Positions 49,701-58,833 of a stretch of DNA of 64,000 nucleotides are shown one piece after another. The notes below the pieces were generated by a model. The model did no database searches and had not been told where the DNA came from. It saw nothing but the letters and a program-made list of their open reading frames with translations. Numbering within the stretch: position 1 is the stretch's first letter; every line of letters begins with the position of its first letter. The DNA comes from an uncultured bacterium (GTDB lineage: Bacteria; Planctomycetota; JAJSAM01; JAJVHW01), in NCBI GenBank assembly GCA_937996235.1, contig CALKVK010000032.1, forward strand, positions 242,444 through 306,443. Direction: 5' to 3'. The position numbers and the translations under genes were made by a program.

Positions 49701-50545
49701 AGTTCCGCATGGTGCTCCGAGAGCTGATCGCGGAGTTGGGCAACCGACTCCTCGATCGACAACTGCAGCTGGTGCTCTGCTGCCCAGATCTGACGGATCT
49801 GCGAGTCGTTCAACTCTCCCAGCAGCGCCTTGACCCGATCGGTATCCGCCTCGTGACCTGCGCGAAGAGCCTGGAGCGTGGCGAGAACGGCCCCCTGGAA
49901 GCGCAGGGTGAGCGCCGCATAAGCACGGCCTTCTGCGGGGCCCTCGCCGTTCACGTCGCGCTTCAGCAACTCGACGACCGCGCTCTGGAACGGCTCGGTC
50001 AACCGGTGCGCGGCCGCCGTGATGGACGCGTCGTCGTGCGGCGTGCCGCACGCTTGCAGCAGGGTGGCGACGGTCTCCCCCAACTCGGGTGCTGCGCTGC
50101 GGGCGTTGGGCCCGTGCAGCCCCGTCAGCATCCCGAGGATCTCGCCGTCAGCGACGACCGGAAGCTCCGTCGGCTGCTCCGATCTCAGTTCCCTCTCGAC
50201 CGCGGCACGGAGGTCCTCGAGCAGCTTCCGTCGCGCCGTGCTTCCTGAGCGGGTGCGCCCCAGATCTCGTTCGGCCGCCGTGTCGAGTGCGTGCAGCGCG
50301 AGCACCTCGAGGTCGTGGTTGCGGAGGAGAGCCCCAGCTGTCGGCCGCGCGCGCTGCTTGCGCCCCTCGATCAGCTTCGTGAACTGGTCGACGCCGATCT
50401 CGATGCCGGCCGCACCGAGGGCCGCGAGGAGGATCTGCGGCATCGGCCCCGCGAGCGTCGCGAGGGCAGGCGCGACGAACGAGAGGCTGGAAACGGCCGC
50501 GAGCACAGCCACCTTCGACACTGCGGCGGGGGTGTTGCCGGGCAC
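46754..50545 (-). CDS. Large STAND/NLR-like P-loop NTPase: N-terminal hydrophobic segment, helical region, AAA+/NACHT-like NTPase, C-terminal array of ~13 near-identical 41-aa repeats
   Basis: 1263 aa. The N-terminus MPGNTPAAVSKVAVLAAVSSLSFVAPALATLAGPMPQILLAALGAAGIEIGV is a predicted TM segment. Walker A is VWRGPPGTGKTRFAL (~aa 395) and Walker B is FRCLVVWDDYKG. The repeats EPDPAARLRLADRIAALRAA(G/D)HDTDEVAL(N/Q)EAKALFNATVV are encoded by 123-bp DNA units. Confidence 0.7.
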   Translation of the reverse strand: MPGNTPAAVSKVAVLAAVSSLSFVAPALATLAGPMPQILLAALGAAGIEIGVDQFTKLIEGRKQRARPTAGALLRNHDLEVLALHALDTAAERDLGRTRSGSTARRKLLEDLRAAVERELRSEQPTELPVVADGEILGMLTGLHGPNARSAAPELGETVATLLQACGTPHDDASITAAAHRLTEPFQSAVVELLKRDVNGEGPAEGRAYAALTLRFQGAVLATLQALRAGHEADTDRVKALLGELNDSQIRQIWAAEHQLQLSIEESVAQLRDQLSEHHAELVGRLARIDERLLEIAETLRGLYGSRLEPLATFASRYWSIARTYDYGLDDLWAEASTASALQETFLGRHGELEKVRGLLAEDKIRVHVWRGPPGTGKTRFALAAADLARGEGWHVLFVTAGDNSFTDAAMASLHRLRASGPRGHSGASFRCLVVWDDYKGSQPERMGAFLDLPWTWEGDFALRCLVTTWPTHDVLGERRHQRERYSEFAFEPVHDPGSVAEYLRRIAAASPRAAAALRRNDALAAVALASEGHFEAALRGLALALQPGVPIPQTSAELLANSYSRAIERVARSAAGADLDGQRLRVLRILAYVGHAEPEALPPDLRDVAWQLSEVRFLAHERANEGEPGLFVMRPDGLRVHIVRESLHPPGVASTRLSWQGRFHDDPIRALAPFALSALPLIWSITHLVTEEPLRSRAESLREELADHVRDCGRHVDAQVGALRHAAALRFTTIVEPDPAARMRLADRIAALRAAGHDTEEIALEEAKALFNATVGEPDPAARLRLADRIAALRAADHDTDEVALQEANALNNATVVEPDPAVRVRLADRIAALRAAGHDTEEIALEEAKALFNATVGEPDPAARLRLADRIAALRAADHDTDEVALQEANALNNATVVEPDPAVRVRLADRIAALRAAGHDTDEVALNEAKALFNATVVEPDPAACLRLTDRIAALRAAGRDTDEIALREAKALFNATVGEPDPAARLRLADRIAALRAADHDTDEVALNEAKALFNATVVEPDPAARLRLADRIAALRAADHDTDEVALNEAKALFNATANEPDPAACLRLADRIAVLRAAGHDTDELALEEATALFNATVVEPDRAACLRLADRIAALRAAGHDTDEIALQEAKALINVTANEPDPAARLRLADRVAALRAAGHDTDEIALEEAKALFNATVVEPDPAACLRLADRVAALRAADHDTDEVALNEAKALFNATVVEPDPAARLRLADRIAALRAAGHDADEITALEAEAR
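46757..48340 (-). repeat. Tandem array of ~13 x 123-bp near-identical coding repeats (41-aa units), including a perfect 246-bp two-unit tandem duplication (~47785-48030 and ~48031-48276)
   Basis: The period was measured between recurring ctcgtcggtgtcgtg motifs (46786, 46909, 47032...). The +strand ORFs across this region (46703..47761, 47190..48389) are artefacts of the repeat. Confidence 0.85.
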
Positions 50546-51196
50546 GGCGGGCGACGAGCGTAGGCGCCTGCCGTGAGCGGGTCAATCGCGCTCCACACGG
50601 GCGCCTCGCGCTCGCACTAGGGCAACGGCCTACCGCAACTCGGGCAAGCGAGCGCCGCACGCTGTCGAGCGCGGGAGCAACTCGGTTCGACCACCGGACG
50701 CGTGAGTTCCTCCGTGTGCGGAGGCCGTGACCGCCGTGCCCGGAGACGCCCCCACCTGCGTGCACAGGTGTGCACGGAGGTGGGGGAACTCCATCCACGC
50801 GGCTGTGCGCCGCAGGCCCGAGGGGCGCACGAGCTGCCGCTGGAGCCGCGCACGCGGCCCGCGGTGCTCGAGAATCGTCATCACGATCGACGAGCAGAGT
50901 CGCACAGCAGAATCGTCCTCGCGACGCGACGCGTTGGACCGCGCCCAGCGCAGTTCGAATCTCGATGGCACGAGTGCGGTCAGGCGGAAGGCTACTTTGT
51001 GCCGTCCGCCGAGTGCGAGGCCGGCGCACAATCCGACTGACAGCCGCTCGCAGTGGCCGGTGCGGCAAACCGCGCACCGTCGCGCGAGAGCCAGCTGGCG
51101 CCGCCGAGGACGGCCAACTCCACGTCGGTGACTCGGGCTGCGTCCACCGGCAGGGCCGGTCCGGGCTTGCCGGTGGGGGAGGGACGCGACGGGCGT

Positions 51197-54169
51197 CTAC
51201 CCGGCGTCTCGGAGCCTCCGGTAGATCTCCTCCAGCATCCGCTTCCGGAACCACTCCAGCTTCGCCGGGTCGCTGAACATCGCGTCGATGAAGCGGCCGT
51301 GCTCGGCGTGGCGGTCGACGAGGGCGTCGTCGAGGGCCGGGTCGAGCACGTAGCGGAAGTTCTCCTTCGTGTTCGCCGCGGCGGCCTGCTGGATCCTCTC
51401 GTCGGCGACGAGTTGCTCGCGGACGCCGTCGATCAGGTCCTGGGCATCGAAGTCCGTGCCGAACGCCTGGTTCAGGAGGTCGATCAGGCGCGACAGGCGC
51501 TCCTTCGTCGGCTCCTTCGCGGCGGTGCCCGTCTCCGTGGGCCCAGGGAGCTCCTGCATGCCCTCCGCGACGAGGCCGATGGTTCCCTCCGCGATCTTCT
51601 CCAAGCGGTAGTAGCGGAGGCCCACGTCCTCGCCGAGGTCGATCGGCGGCGCGCTCTCGCCCTTCGCCGGCAGCTTCCGGAGCAGGTTGCGGCCGAAGGC
51701 GTACCGCTTCTCGAGGTCGATGTCGCTGAACGGGACGATCTGGCTCAGGAACCCGTAGAGGTTCACGAACGCCTGCAGCTTGCCGCGGAAGTCGTCCTGG
51801 TCCTCCGGCTCGCGGTCGCGGAAGCGATCGACCGCCGTGTCGAGCGCCGCGTTCATCAGGCCGTTGTCCTGCGGCGTCGGGTTCGCGCGGAAGAACGCCC
51901 TCGCGAACGACTCCACCTCGCTCGCGTAGTAGACCTGCGCGGCGTCCAGCTCCGCCTCGAGCTCGTGCAGGCGCTGCGGGTCGACCGGCCCCTCCGTGGT
52001 CGTGCCCTCGTAGTACGGCTGGAAGCTCTGGAGGATCTCCTCGCGCTCGTTCACGAAGTCGAGCACGAAGGTCTGCGTCTTGCCGGGGAAGGTCCGGTTG
52101 AGGCGCGAGAGCGTCTGCACCGCCTGGATGCCCGAGAGGCGCTTGTCCACGTACATGGCGGTCAGCAACGGCTGGTCGAAGCCGGTCTGGTACTTGTCCG
52201 CGACGATCAAGAGGTTCCACTCCGGGCCGGCGAAGGCCTGCGGGAGCTCCTTCTCGCGGATACCCCGGTTCATGCCCGGCTCGGTGTAGGTCGTCATGGG
52301 GGCGTCCGGGTCGCGGACCTCCCCGGAGAACGCCACGAGCGCTCCGATGTCCCCGTAGCCCTTCTCGGCGATGTAGCGGTCGAACGCCTGCTTGTAGCGA
52401 ACGGCGTGGAGGCGTGAGCCGGTCACGACCATCGCCTTCGCCCGCCCGTCGAGCTTCCCCCGCACGCAGGCCCGGAAGTGCTCGACGATGACCTCGGTCT
52501 TCTGCGCCACCTCGACCGGGTGGAACGACACGAACCGCGCCAGCGCGACAGCCGCCTTCCGCTTGTCGAGCTCGGGGTCGTCGGCGACCTCCTTGACGAG
52601 GCGGAAGTACCGCTTGTAGGTCGTGTAGCCGACGAGCACGTCGAGGATGAAGCCCTCGTCAATCGCCTGACGCATGGAGTAGAGGTGGAAGGGGATCGGC
52701 CGGCCGCCGGCATCGCGGTGGCCGAAGAGCTCGAGCGTCTTGAACTTCGGCGTCGCTGTGAACGCGAAGAACGAGAGGTTCCGCTGCGGGCCCTTCGCGA
52801 GCGCGGCCCGGACCACGGCTTGGTCGGCGGGCTCGAGATCCCCGCCGCCTTCCTCCTCGAGCCGCTCTTCGACGCTCGACGCACCCAGCACGGTCTTCAG
52901 GCTGGCCGCCATCTCGCCGCTCTGGCTCGAGTGCGCCTCGTCCACGATCACCGCGTACCGGCGCGACGGCATCTCGCCGAGCTTCTCGGCCACGAACCCG
53001 AACTTGTGGATGGTCGTCACGATGATCGGGACGCCGTCCGAGAGCGCCCGCGCGAGCTGCGCGGAGTCGTGCTCGATCTTCTCGACCACCCCCGTCCGGT
53101 GGTCGAACTGGAAGATCGTGTCCTGCAGCTGGCGATCGAGGACGACCCGGTCGGTCACGACGACCACGCCCTCGTACACGCGCTGATCGTCGGCGTCGTG
53201 GAGCGACGAGAGGCGGTGCGCTAGCCACGCGATGGAGTTCGACTTCCCGGACCCGGCGGAGTGCTGGACCAGGTAGTTGGTCCCGGCGCCGTTCACGCGT
53301 GCGTCCGCGACGAGCCGCCGGACGCAGTCGAGCTGGTGGTGGCGGGGGAAGATCACGGCCTCGCGGGTGTGCGTGCGGCCGTCCGCCGTCGTCTCGCCGA
53401 CGCGTTCGAGATGGATGAACGACGCCAGGATGTCGAGCAGGCTCTCCCGCTCGAGCACCTGCTCCCAGAGGTACGACGTGCGGTGCTTCCCCTCGACGGG
53501 CGGGTTCCCCGCGGCGGTGCCGTGCCCCCGGTTGAACGGCAGGAAGCGCGTGCGCTCGCGCTGGAGGCGGGTCGTCATCTCGACCTCGTCCGAGCCGACC
53601 GCGAAGTGGACGAGCGCGCGCTCTTTGAAGCGGAAGAGCGGGGCGTCGGGGTCCCGCCGCCGGTACTGCGCGACGGCGTCCTTCGCCGTCTGGCACGTCA
53701 GCGCGTTCTTCAGCTCCATCGTGACGACGGGGATGCCGTTCACGCAGAGGACGATGTCGATCGAGTTCTCCGGCGCCTTCGGGTCGAAGTGGATCTGCCG
53801 CACGACGGCGACGCGGTTCTTCGCGTAGTCCTCAAGGGTCTCCGGGTTCAGCCCGAACGCGGGCTTGAAGGTCGCGACGCGCAGGTGCTGCCCGTGGACC
53901 TTGAAGCCCTGACGGAGGACGTGGAGGACGCCGTGCGCCTCGGCCGTCTTTCCAAACGCATCGAGGACGGTGCTGCCGAGGCGTCCACCGAGGATCGCGC
54001 CGAGCTTCTCCCACCGCTCGGGCTGGATCTCCGCGATGTACCCGAGGAGGTCGTCGGCGATGAGCCCGCGGGCCCTGTCGTAGGCCGCGGGATCGCGCCG
54101 GACGTAGCCATGGGCGAGGAGGTGCTCCTCGATCAGGGTCTCGAACGCGGCTTCGCTGGTCGCCTTCAC
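51197..54169 (-). CDS. hsdR: Type I restriction enzyme R subunit HsdR
   Basis: 990 aa. N-terminal PD-(D/E)xK region, SF2 helicase motifs (QHSAGSGKSNSIAW, DEAHSSQ), HsdR C-terminal domain. GTG start overlapping the upstream gene. Confidence 0.9.
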   Translation of the reverse strand: MKATSEAAFETLIEEHLLAHGYVRRDPAAYDRARGLIADDLLGYIAEIQPERWEKLGAILGGRLGSTVLDAFGKTAEAHGVLHVLRQGFKVHGQHLRVATFKPAFGLNPETLEDYAKNRVAVVRQIHFDPKAPENSIDIVLCVNGIPVVTMELKNALTCQTAKDAVAQYRRRDPDAPLFRFKERALVHFAVGSDEVEMTTRLQRERTRFLPFNRGHGTAAGNPPVEGKHRTSYLWEQVLERESLLDILASFIHLERVGETTADGRTHTREAVIFPRHHQLDCVRRLVADARVNGAGTNYLVQHSAGSGKSNSIAWLAHRLSSLHDADDQRVYEGVVVVTDRVVLDRQLQDTIFQFDHRTGVVEKIEHDSAQLARALSDGVPIIVTTIHKFGFVAEKLGEMPSRRYAVIVDEAHSSQSGEMAASLKTVLGASSVEERLEEEGGGDLEPADQAVVRAALAKGPQRNLSFFAFTATPKFKTLELFGHRDAGGRPIPFHLYSMRQAIDEGFILDVLVGYTTYKRYFRLVKEVADDPELDKRKAAVALARFVSFHPVEVAQKTEVIVEHFRACVRGKLDGRAKAMVVTGSRLHAVRYKQAFDRYIAEKGYGDIGALVAFSGEVRDPDAPMTTYTEPGMNRGIREKELPQAFAGPEWNLLIVADKYQTGFDQPLLTAMYVDKRLSGIQAVQTLSRLNRTFPGKTQTFVLDFVNEREEILQSFQPYYEGTTTEGPVDPQRLHELEAELDAAQVYYASEVESFARAFFRANPTPQDNGLMNAALDTAVDRFRDREPEDQDDFRGKLQAFVNLYGFLSQIVPFSDIDLEKRYAFGRNLLRKLPAKGESAPPIDLGEDVGLRYYRLEKIAEGTIGLVAEGMQELPGPTETGTAAKEPTKERLSRLIDLLNQAFGTDFDAQDLIDGVREQLVADERIQQAAAANTKENFRYVLDPALDDALVDRHAEHGRFIDAMFSDPAKLEWFRKRMLEEIYRRLRDAG

Positions 54170-55104
54170 GCGGTCTCCTCCGCGAGTGCATGCAGATGCG
54201 GACCGATCGCGGCAACGAGCCGCTCCATCGCGTCCACCATGCCCTCAATCACCGCCGGCCATCGCGCCTCCTCCTCGAGTCCGCCCTTCCCAATCCAGTA
54301 GCGGATCTGGCAGGCCTGACCGCCTTGCGTCCACTCGAGCTCGCCACCGAACGCGCGCTCGATTGCGCCGGACTCGCTGCGGAGAGCGTTCAGGATGCGA
54401 CGGTTGCGCTCGGCGTCCATGGTCTCGATGTAGAGCTCGACGCGAGCGTCGTTCTTCCTAGCTGCGTACACGTAGTGCAGGCCCTTCAGCCCGGCCGGAG
54501 CGCCAACCCAGTACCCGTGCCCGGTCGAAGCCGATGCGTGCAGATCCGAGCGACGGTTCGCCAGTTCGAGAAGTTGCGACCAGAAGGACGACCGCGTCCG
54601 ATCGAGTTGCGTGATCTCCTTCTTCGTCGCGCCAGCCGCACGGATCTCTGGGCTCGGTCCGACGATGAGCGTGAACAGCGCGGCCGGTGCAGAGTCGTCG
54701 ATGCGCACGGCCTCGACCTGCACGAGGTAGAAGGAGCAGGAGGTCTCCTGGTTCAGCCACGAGACCGCGTTGACGTGCTCCGGTCGCGCCTTCGAGACGA
54801 CCCAGACGGCGACCTCAACGTCCAGCGTCGCGAGGTAGGTCAGAACCTGCCCGAGATGTCTGTGATCCGACGGTTCGAGCTGGTTCTCGATGACGACGTT
54901 GCGGCCGCGGTCGTCCTGCGCGACCAGGTCGACGGAGAAGTCGCCGACCGGCTGCTCGCGCTCCGCCGACACGAGGTCGATGTCAAGAGCCTCGCTCAGC
55001 ACGTCAACGTGATTCTGCAGCCACGCCGTGAAGTCTGCGGCCTCGTGCTTCCACACGTCTCGAAGCGGGACCCGCGTCAGCCGACCGATGCTCATGCTGG
55101 ACAC
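54166..55104 (-). CDS. Hypothetical PD-(D/E)xK-like nuclease-fold protein (DUF4268-like) inserted between hsdS and hsdR
   Basis: 312 aa. Candidate nuclease motif VGDFSVDLVAQDDRGRNVVIENQLE. It overlaps hsdS by 13 nt and hsdR by 4 nt, so it is translationally coupled within the R-M operon. Confidence 0.55.
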   Translation of the reverse strand: MSSMSIGRLTRVPLRDVWKHEAADFTAWLQNHVDVLSEALDIDLVSAEREQPVGDFSVDLVAQDDRGRNVVIENQLEPSDHRHLGQVLTYLATLDVEVAVWVVSKARPEHVNAVSWLNQETSCSFYLVQVEAVRIDDSAPAALFTLIVGPSPEIRAAGATKKEITQLDRTRSSFWSQLLELANRRSDLHASASTGHGYWVGAPAGLKGLHYVYAARKNDARVELYIETMDAERNRRILNALRSESGAIERAFGGELEWTQGGQACQIRYWIGKGGLEEEARWPAVIEGMVDAMERLVAAIGPHLHALAEETA

Positions 55105-56438
55105 TCTCCTGACACGTCGACTTGGCCGGTGACGGCCGCGGTAATGAGGGCTTGGCGGTACTCGTGAAGGCGCCGTACCTGCGATCCCAAGCGACTCCGG
55201 ACCTCGTCCACCTTGCCGCGGAGAGTCCGGATCGCGTCACGGATGGACTCTTGCTCCGGCGTCGGAGGAGCCGGGACGCACCAGTCACGGATGTGCGACT
55301 GAGAGATCTTCACCATTGACGCGCTCGATCCGCGAGCGTCCGCCTCAACCTGGGCGCGCCCCGACGGAGAGCGAAGGAAGCTGGAGACGTACTCCGGATC
55401 GGCGCGATCCGAACGCAATCGAACACGGTAGATCAAGTCCGGGAGGAGGCGGCGAGGGTGGTTGCGTGCAACGACGCAGGTGTCCCCGACGAGTAGGGGA
55501 GTGTTGGCGCGGGTGATAAGTAGATCGCCAGCCTGCGCTGCCAAGAGCCGCCTCGCAACGCTCGTGTCGGGGAGTGCCTTGTGTTCACTTGGCACGAATC
55601 GGCCGTCCGACACGCAACTGAGCTTCAGCACCGCGAACTCGTCCGGGTCCGCGGATCGATCGGATGCAACCGGGCTTGATCCCTGCTCGAGTGAAGTGAT
55701 CAGTCTCCGGAACGGTAGGACCTCCCAGTGCGCCGGGATCTCCCCGATCCACGGCACGCCGGAGTCCTTCATGGGCACGTCGGGATCGAGGCCCTTCGTC
55801 ACCGCGTGGTGGATGAGCGCGGCCCGCTTCTCGGCCAGCAGTTCCAGCAGCCGCTCCTTCTTCTCGATCAGCGCGTCGATGGCGGCCGTCTTCCGGTCGA
55901 GGAAGTCGGCGATGGCGGCCTGCGCCTGGAGCGGCGGTACTGGAACCGTGAGAGACCGAACCACGCCGGAGTTCAGCCCTGCCATGATTGTGCCGCGGCT
56001 CTGCAACTCGGCTTCTGCCCTCGCGACGGTGGACTCACCGAGGAACCACCGCAAGAACTGGCCGTTCAGGATCTCTGGGTCCGTCCGGAGTCTCAGGAGA
56101 TGGGAATCAATGATCCCAGGCGCCGCGCCAACGGGCACGACTCCAACGGCGCCGCTAGAGCCCATCATCGTGACCAGCACATCACCAGGTCGGACGGAGT
56201 ATTGCGAGAGCGATCGAAACTTCGGGTCCGAGATCCGCCGCGAGCCCACGGAAAAGTCCGCCGCCAGGACGTTCTCTTGGCCATAGACGCGACAGCCGAA
56301 CTCGACCATGTCCTCAAGGCGCAACGCGCTCCCGAACGGCCCAATTCGACTGCCGTCTCGTCCAGGGCGCAGACAGTAGGCGAGCCGAAGTGCTCGCCAG
56401 TCGGCCGGGATCTGCGGTTGCCAGGCGGCGTGCGTCAA
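55092..56438 (-). CDS. hsdS: Type I restriction-modification specificity subunit HsdS
   Basis: 448 aa. Two target-recognition domains separated by the central conserved coiled-coil region (LQAQAAIADFLDRKTAAIDALIEKKERLLELLAEKRAALIHHAVTKG). Confidence 0.85.
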   Translation of the reverse strand: MTHAAWQPQIPADWRALRLAYCLRPGRDGSRIGPFGSALRLEDMVEFGCRVYGQENVLAADFSVGSRRISDPKFRSLSQYSVRPGDVLVTMMGSSGAVGVVPVGAAPGIIDSHLLRLRTDPEILNGQFLRWFLGESTVARAEAELQSRGTIMAGLNSGVVRSLTVPVPPLQAQAAIADFLDRKTAAIDALIEKKERLLELLAEKRAALIHHAVTKGLDPDVPMKDSGVPWIGEIPAHWEVLPFRRLITSLEQGSSPVASDRSADPDEFAVLKLSCVSDGRFVPSEHKALPDTSVARRLLAAQAGDLLITRANTPLLVGDTCVVARNHPRRLLPDLIYRVRLRSDRADPEYVSSFLRSPSGRAQVEADARGSSASMVKISQSHIRDWCVPAPPTPEQESIRDAIRTLRGKVDEVRSRLGSQVRRLHEYRQALITAAVTGQVDVSGECPA

Positions 56439-58510
56439 CCCAGCACCTCGTCCAACATCCCGCGGATCTCGTCCTCCAGCGCCCGAATCTCCTTCTCGAT
56501 CTCGGCCAGCGGCCGGGGCGGTGTGTACTCGTAGAAGTGCCGCGTGAACGGGATCTCGTAGCCGATCTTCGTCTTGGTCTCGTCCACCCAGGCATCGGGG
56601 ACGTGCGGCAGGACCTCGCGCTCCATGTAGGCAGCGATGTCCTCGCCGAGCGGGACGTTCTCGTTGTCGCCGAGGTCGGGATCGGGCTCGACGGCACCCT
56701 TCGCGTCGCGGCAGACCTCAGCCGCCTCGTCGCGCTCGCCTAGTGCCGTGAGGATCGCCTTCTGGATGGGGGCGGAGAGCCTCAGGTCGAGACCCTTCGC
56801 CGCGGCGTTCAGGTCCTTCAGGAACGCCTTGCGGCTCGTGTAGACCCGCTCGGCGTCAAAGCAGGCCAGCACATCGCGGATGGCCGCCTGCGCCTGCCGA
56901 CCCCCCTCGATCTCGGAGTGCCGCGCTCCAGCGTCCTTCTTGGTGCTCTTGACGAGGCCCTGCCACGTGCGGTCGTCCTCGAGCCGTGCGATCCGCTCGC
57001 TGCTCGCCTGGAAGTTGAGGCGGAGGGGGCGCTCGACGGTGATCCGACGGAACCCGAAGTCGTCGTTCGCGAAGACCTTCACCTCCGTGCCGGGAACGCC
57101 GTCGGCGTAGAGGCGGACGAGCGCGGCGATGTCGTCCTCCCCGAGTTCCTTGCGCTTGTCGCCGAGCGACTTCCGCATCTTCCGGAAGTACTTCACGCCG
57201 TTGACGAGCAGCACCTTCCCGCGGCGCTCCGGCGTCTTGCGGTTTGTGACCACCCAGACGTACGTGTTGATGCCGGTGTTGTAGAAGAGCTGGTCGGGCA
57301 TCGCGACGATGGCCTCGAGCAGGTCGTTCTCGAGCAGGTAGCGGCGGATCTCGCTCTCGCCCGAGCCGGCGGCGCCGGTGAAGAGAGGGGAGCCGTTGAA
57401 GACGATCGCGAGGCGCGAGCCCCCCTCCTCGGGCGGCTTCATCTTGCTCATCATGTGGAGCAGGAAGAGCAGGGAGCCGTCGTTCTTCCGGGGTAGGCCC
57501 GGGCCGAACCTGCCGGAGAAGCCGCGCTTCTCGTGCTCGTCGCGGACGACCTTCTCGGCCTTCGTCCAGTCCACGCCGAAGGGCGGGTTCGAGATCAGGT
57601 AGTCGGTGTGGAGGGCGGCGTGGCCGTCCTCGCTGAAGGAGTTCCCGCGCTTGATCGCGTCGGCGTCCTGCCCCTTGATCAGCATGTCGGCCTTGCAAAT
57701 GGCGTAGGACTCGGGGTTCAGCTCCTGCCCGAAGACCTGCAGCCGGGCATCGGGGTTCAGCTCGGCCAGGTACTCCTCGGCGACCGAGAGCATGCCGCCC
57801 GTCCCGCAGGCCGGGTCGTAGATGGTCCGGACCGTGCCGGGGCGGCGCAGGGCGTCCGCGTCGCCGACCATGAGCAGGTTGACCATGAGCCGGATGACCT
57901 CGCGCGGCGTGAAGTGCTCGCCGGCGGTCTCGTTGCTCTGCTCCGCGAACTTCCGGATGAGCTCTTCGAAGATCGACCCCATGTGGTGGTTGTCCACCCG
58001 GCCGGGGTGGAGGTCGATCCCGGCGTACTTCTGCAGGACCAGGTAGAGGAGGTCCGCCTTGTCGAGGCGCTCGATCTGCGCCTCGAAGCGGAAGTTCTCG
58101 ACGATGTCCTGGGCGTTCCGGCTGAAGCCGTGGATGTACGCGGTCAGGTTCTGGGCGACGTGGCCCGGAGCGGCGAGGAGCCGCTCGAAGTCGAGCTTCG
58201 AGGTGTTGTAGAAGCTCTGCCCGGCCGCCTTGAGGAGCATCCGCTCCTTCACGGCCTCCGGCGAGCCTTTGTACTTCTCGGCCGCCGCCCAGACCGCCGC
58301 GCGCGTCGGGGCGAGCACCTGGTCGAGGCGGCGCAGGACCGTGAGCGGCAGGATGACCGAGCCGTACTCGTGGGCCTTGTAGTCCCCCCGCAGGAGGTCG
58401 GCCACCGACCAGATGAAGCTGACCTTGTCGCCGAAGCCGTTGGTGCCCGCCACGTCCCTCACCTCCCGCGCCGCAGCGTGACCGCGGCTCCCGTCACGAG
58501 GCAGGATCAT
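56435..58510 (-). CDS. hsdM: Type I restriction-modification DNA methyltransferase HsdM (N6-adenine)
   Basis: HsdM_N motif (IWSVADLLRGDYKAHEYGSVILPLTVLRRLD), AdoMet motif I (DPACGTGGML), catalytic NPPF. ATG at 58510; the track ORF extends to 58633. Confidence 0.9.
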   Translation of the reverse strand: MILPRDGSRGHAAAREVRDVAGTNGFGDKVSFIWSVADLLRGDYKAHEYGSVILPLTVLRRLDQVLAPTRAAVWAAAEKYKGSPEAVKERMLLKAAGQSFYNTSKLDFERLLAAPGHVAQNLTAYIHGFSRNAQDIVENFRFEAQIERLDKADLLYLVLQKYAGIDLHPGRVDNHHMGSIFEELIRKFAEQSNETAGEHFTPREVIRLMVNLLMVGDADALRRPGTVRTIYDPACGTGGMLSVAEEYLAELNPDARLQVFGQELNPESYAICKADMLIKGQDADAIKRGNSFSEDGHAALHTDYLISNPPFGVDWTKAEKVVRDEHEKRGFSGRFGPGLPRKNDGSLLFLLHMMSKMKPPEEGGSRLAIVFNGSPLFTGAAGSGESEIRRYLLENDLLEAIVAMPDQLFYNTGINTYVWVVTNRKTPERRGKVLLVNGVKYFRKMRKSLGDKRKELGEDDIAALVRLYADGVPGTEVKVFANDDFGFRRITVERPLRLNFQASSERIARLEDDRTWQGLVKSTKKDAGARHSEIEGGRQAQAAIRDVLACFDAERVYTSRKAFLKDLNAAAKGLDLRLSAPIQKAILTALGERDEAAEVCRDAKGAVEPDPDLGDNENVPLGEDIAAYMEREVLPHVPDAWVDETKTKIGYEIPFTRHFYEYTPPRPLAEIEKEIRALEDEIRGMLDEVLG

Positions 58511-58833
58511 GGCACGGCGAGGGGCGGGACGGCGACCACGAAGCGCGCCCGTCGGATCCGCCAGTCGTCGGGTGGCGCAGCCCGCCCGAGCCGCGGATGG
58601 CGGCGACGCGCGATCCACGCACACAGCCAGCAACGCGCCCTTCAGCGCCGGCTGTGTGGGGCCGTCGATGCGGCCCGATGTTCGGCGCCGCTCGCCGGCT
58701 CCGAGGTGCTACCTCGCCAGGCCACCCACAAGGTCCGATACGCCGTGCCTCGATGTGCTCGCCGCTCCGAACGCTGCGCTCCCCCGAACTCCGGTACCCA
58801 GGAGGCAGGGCCGTCAGATAGCCTCGAGCGGCG

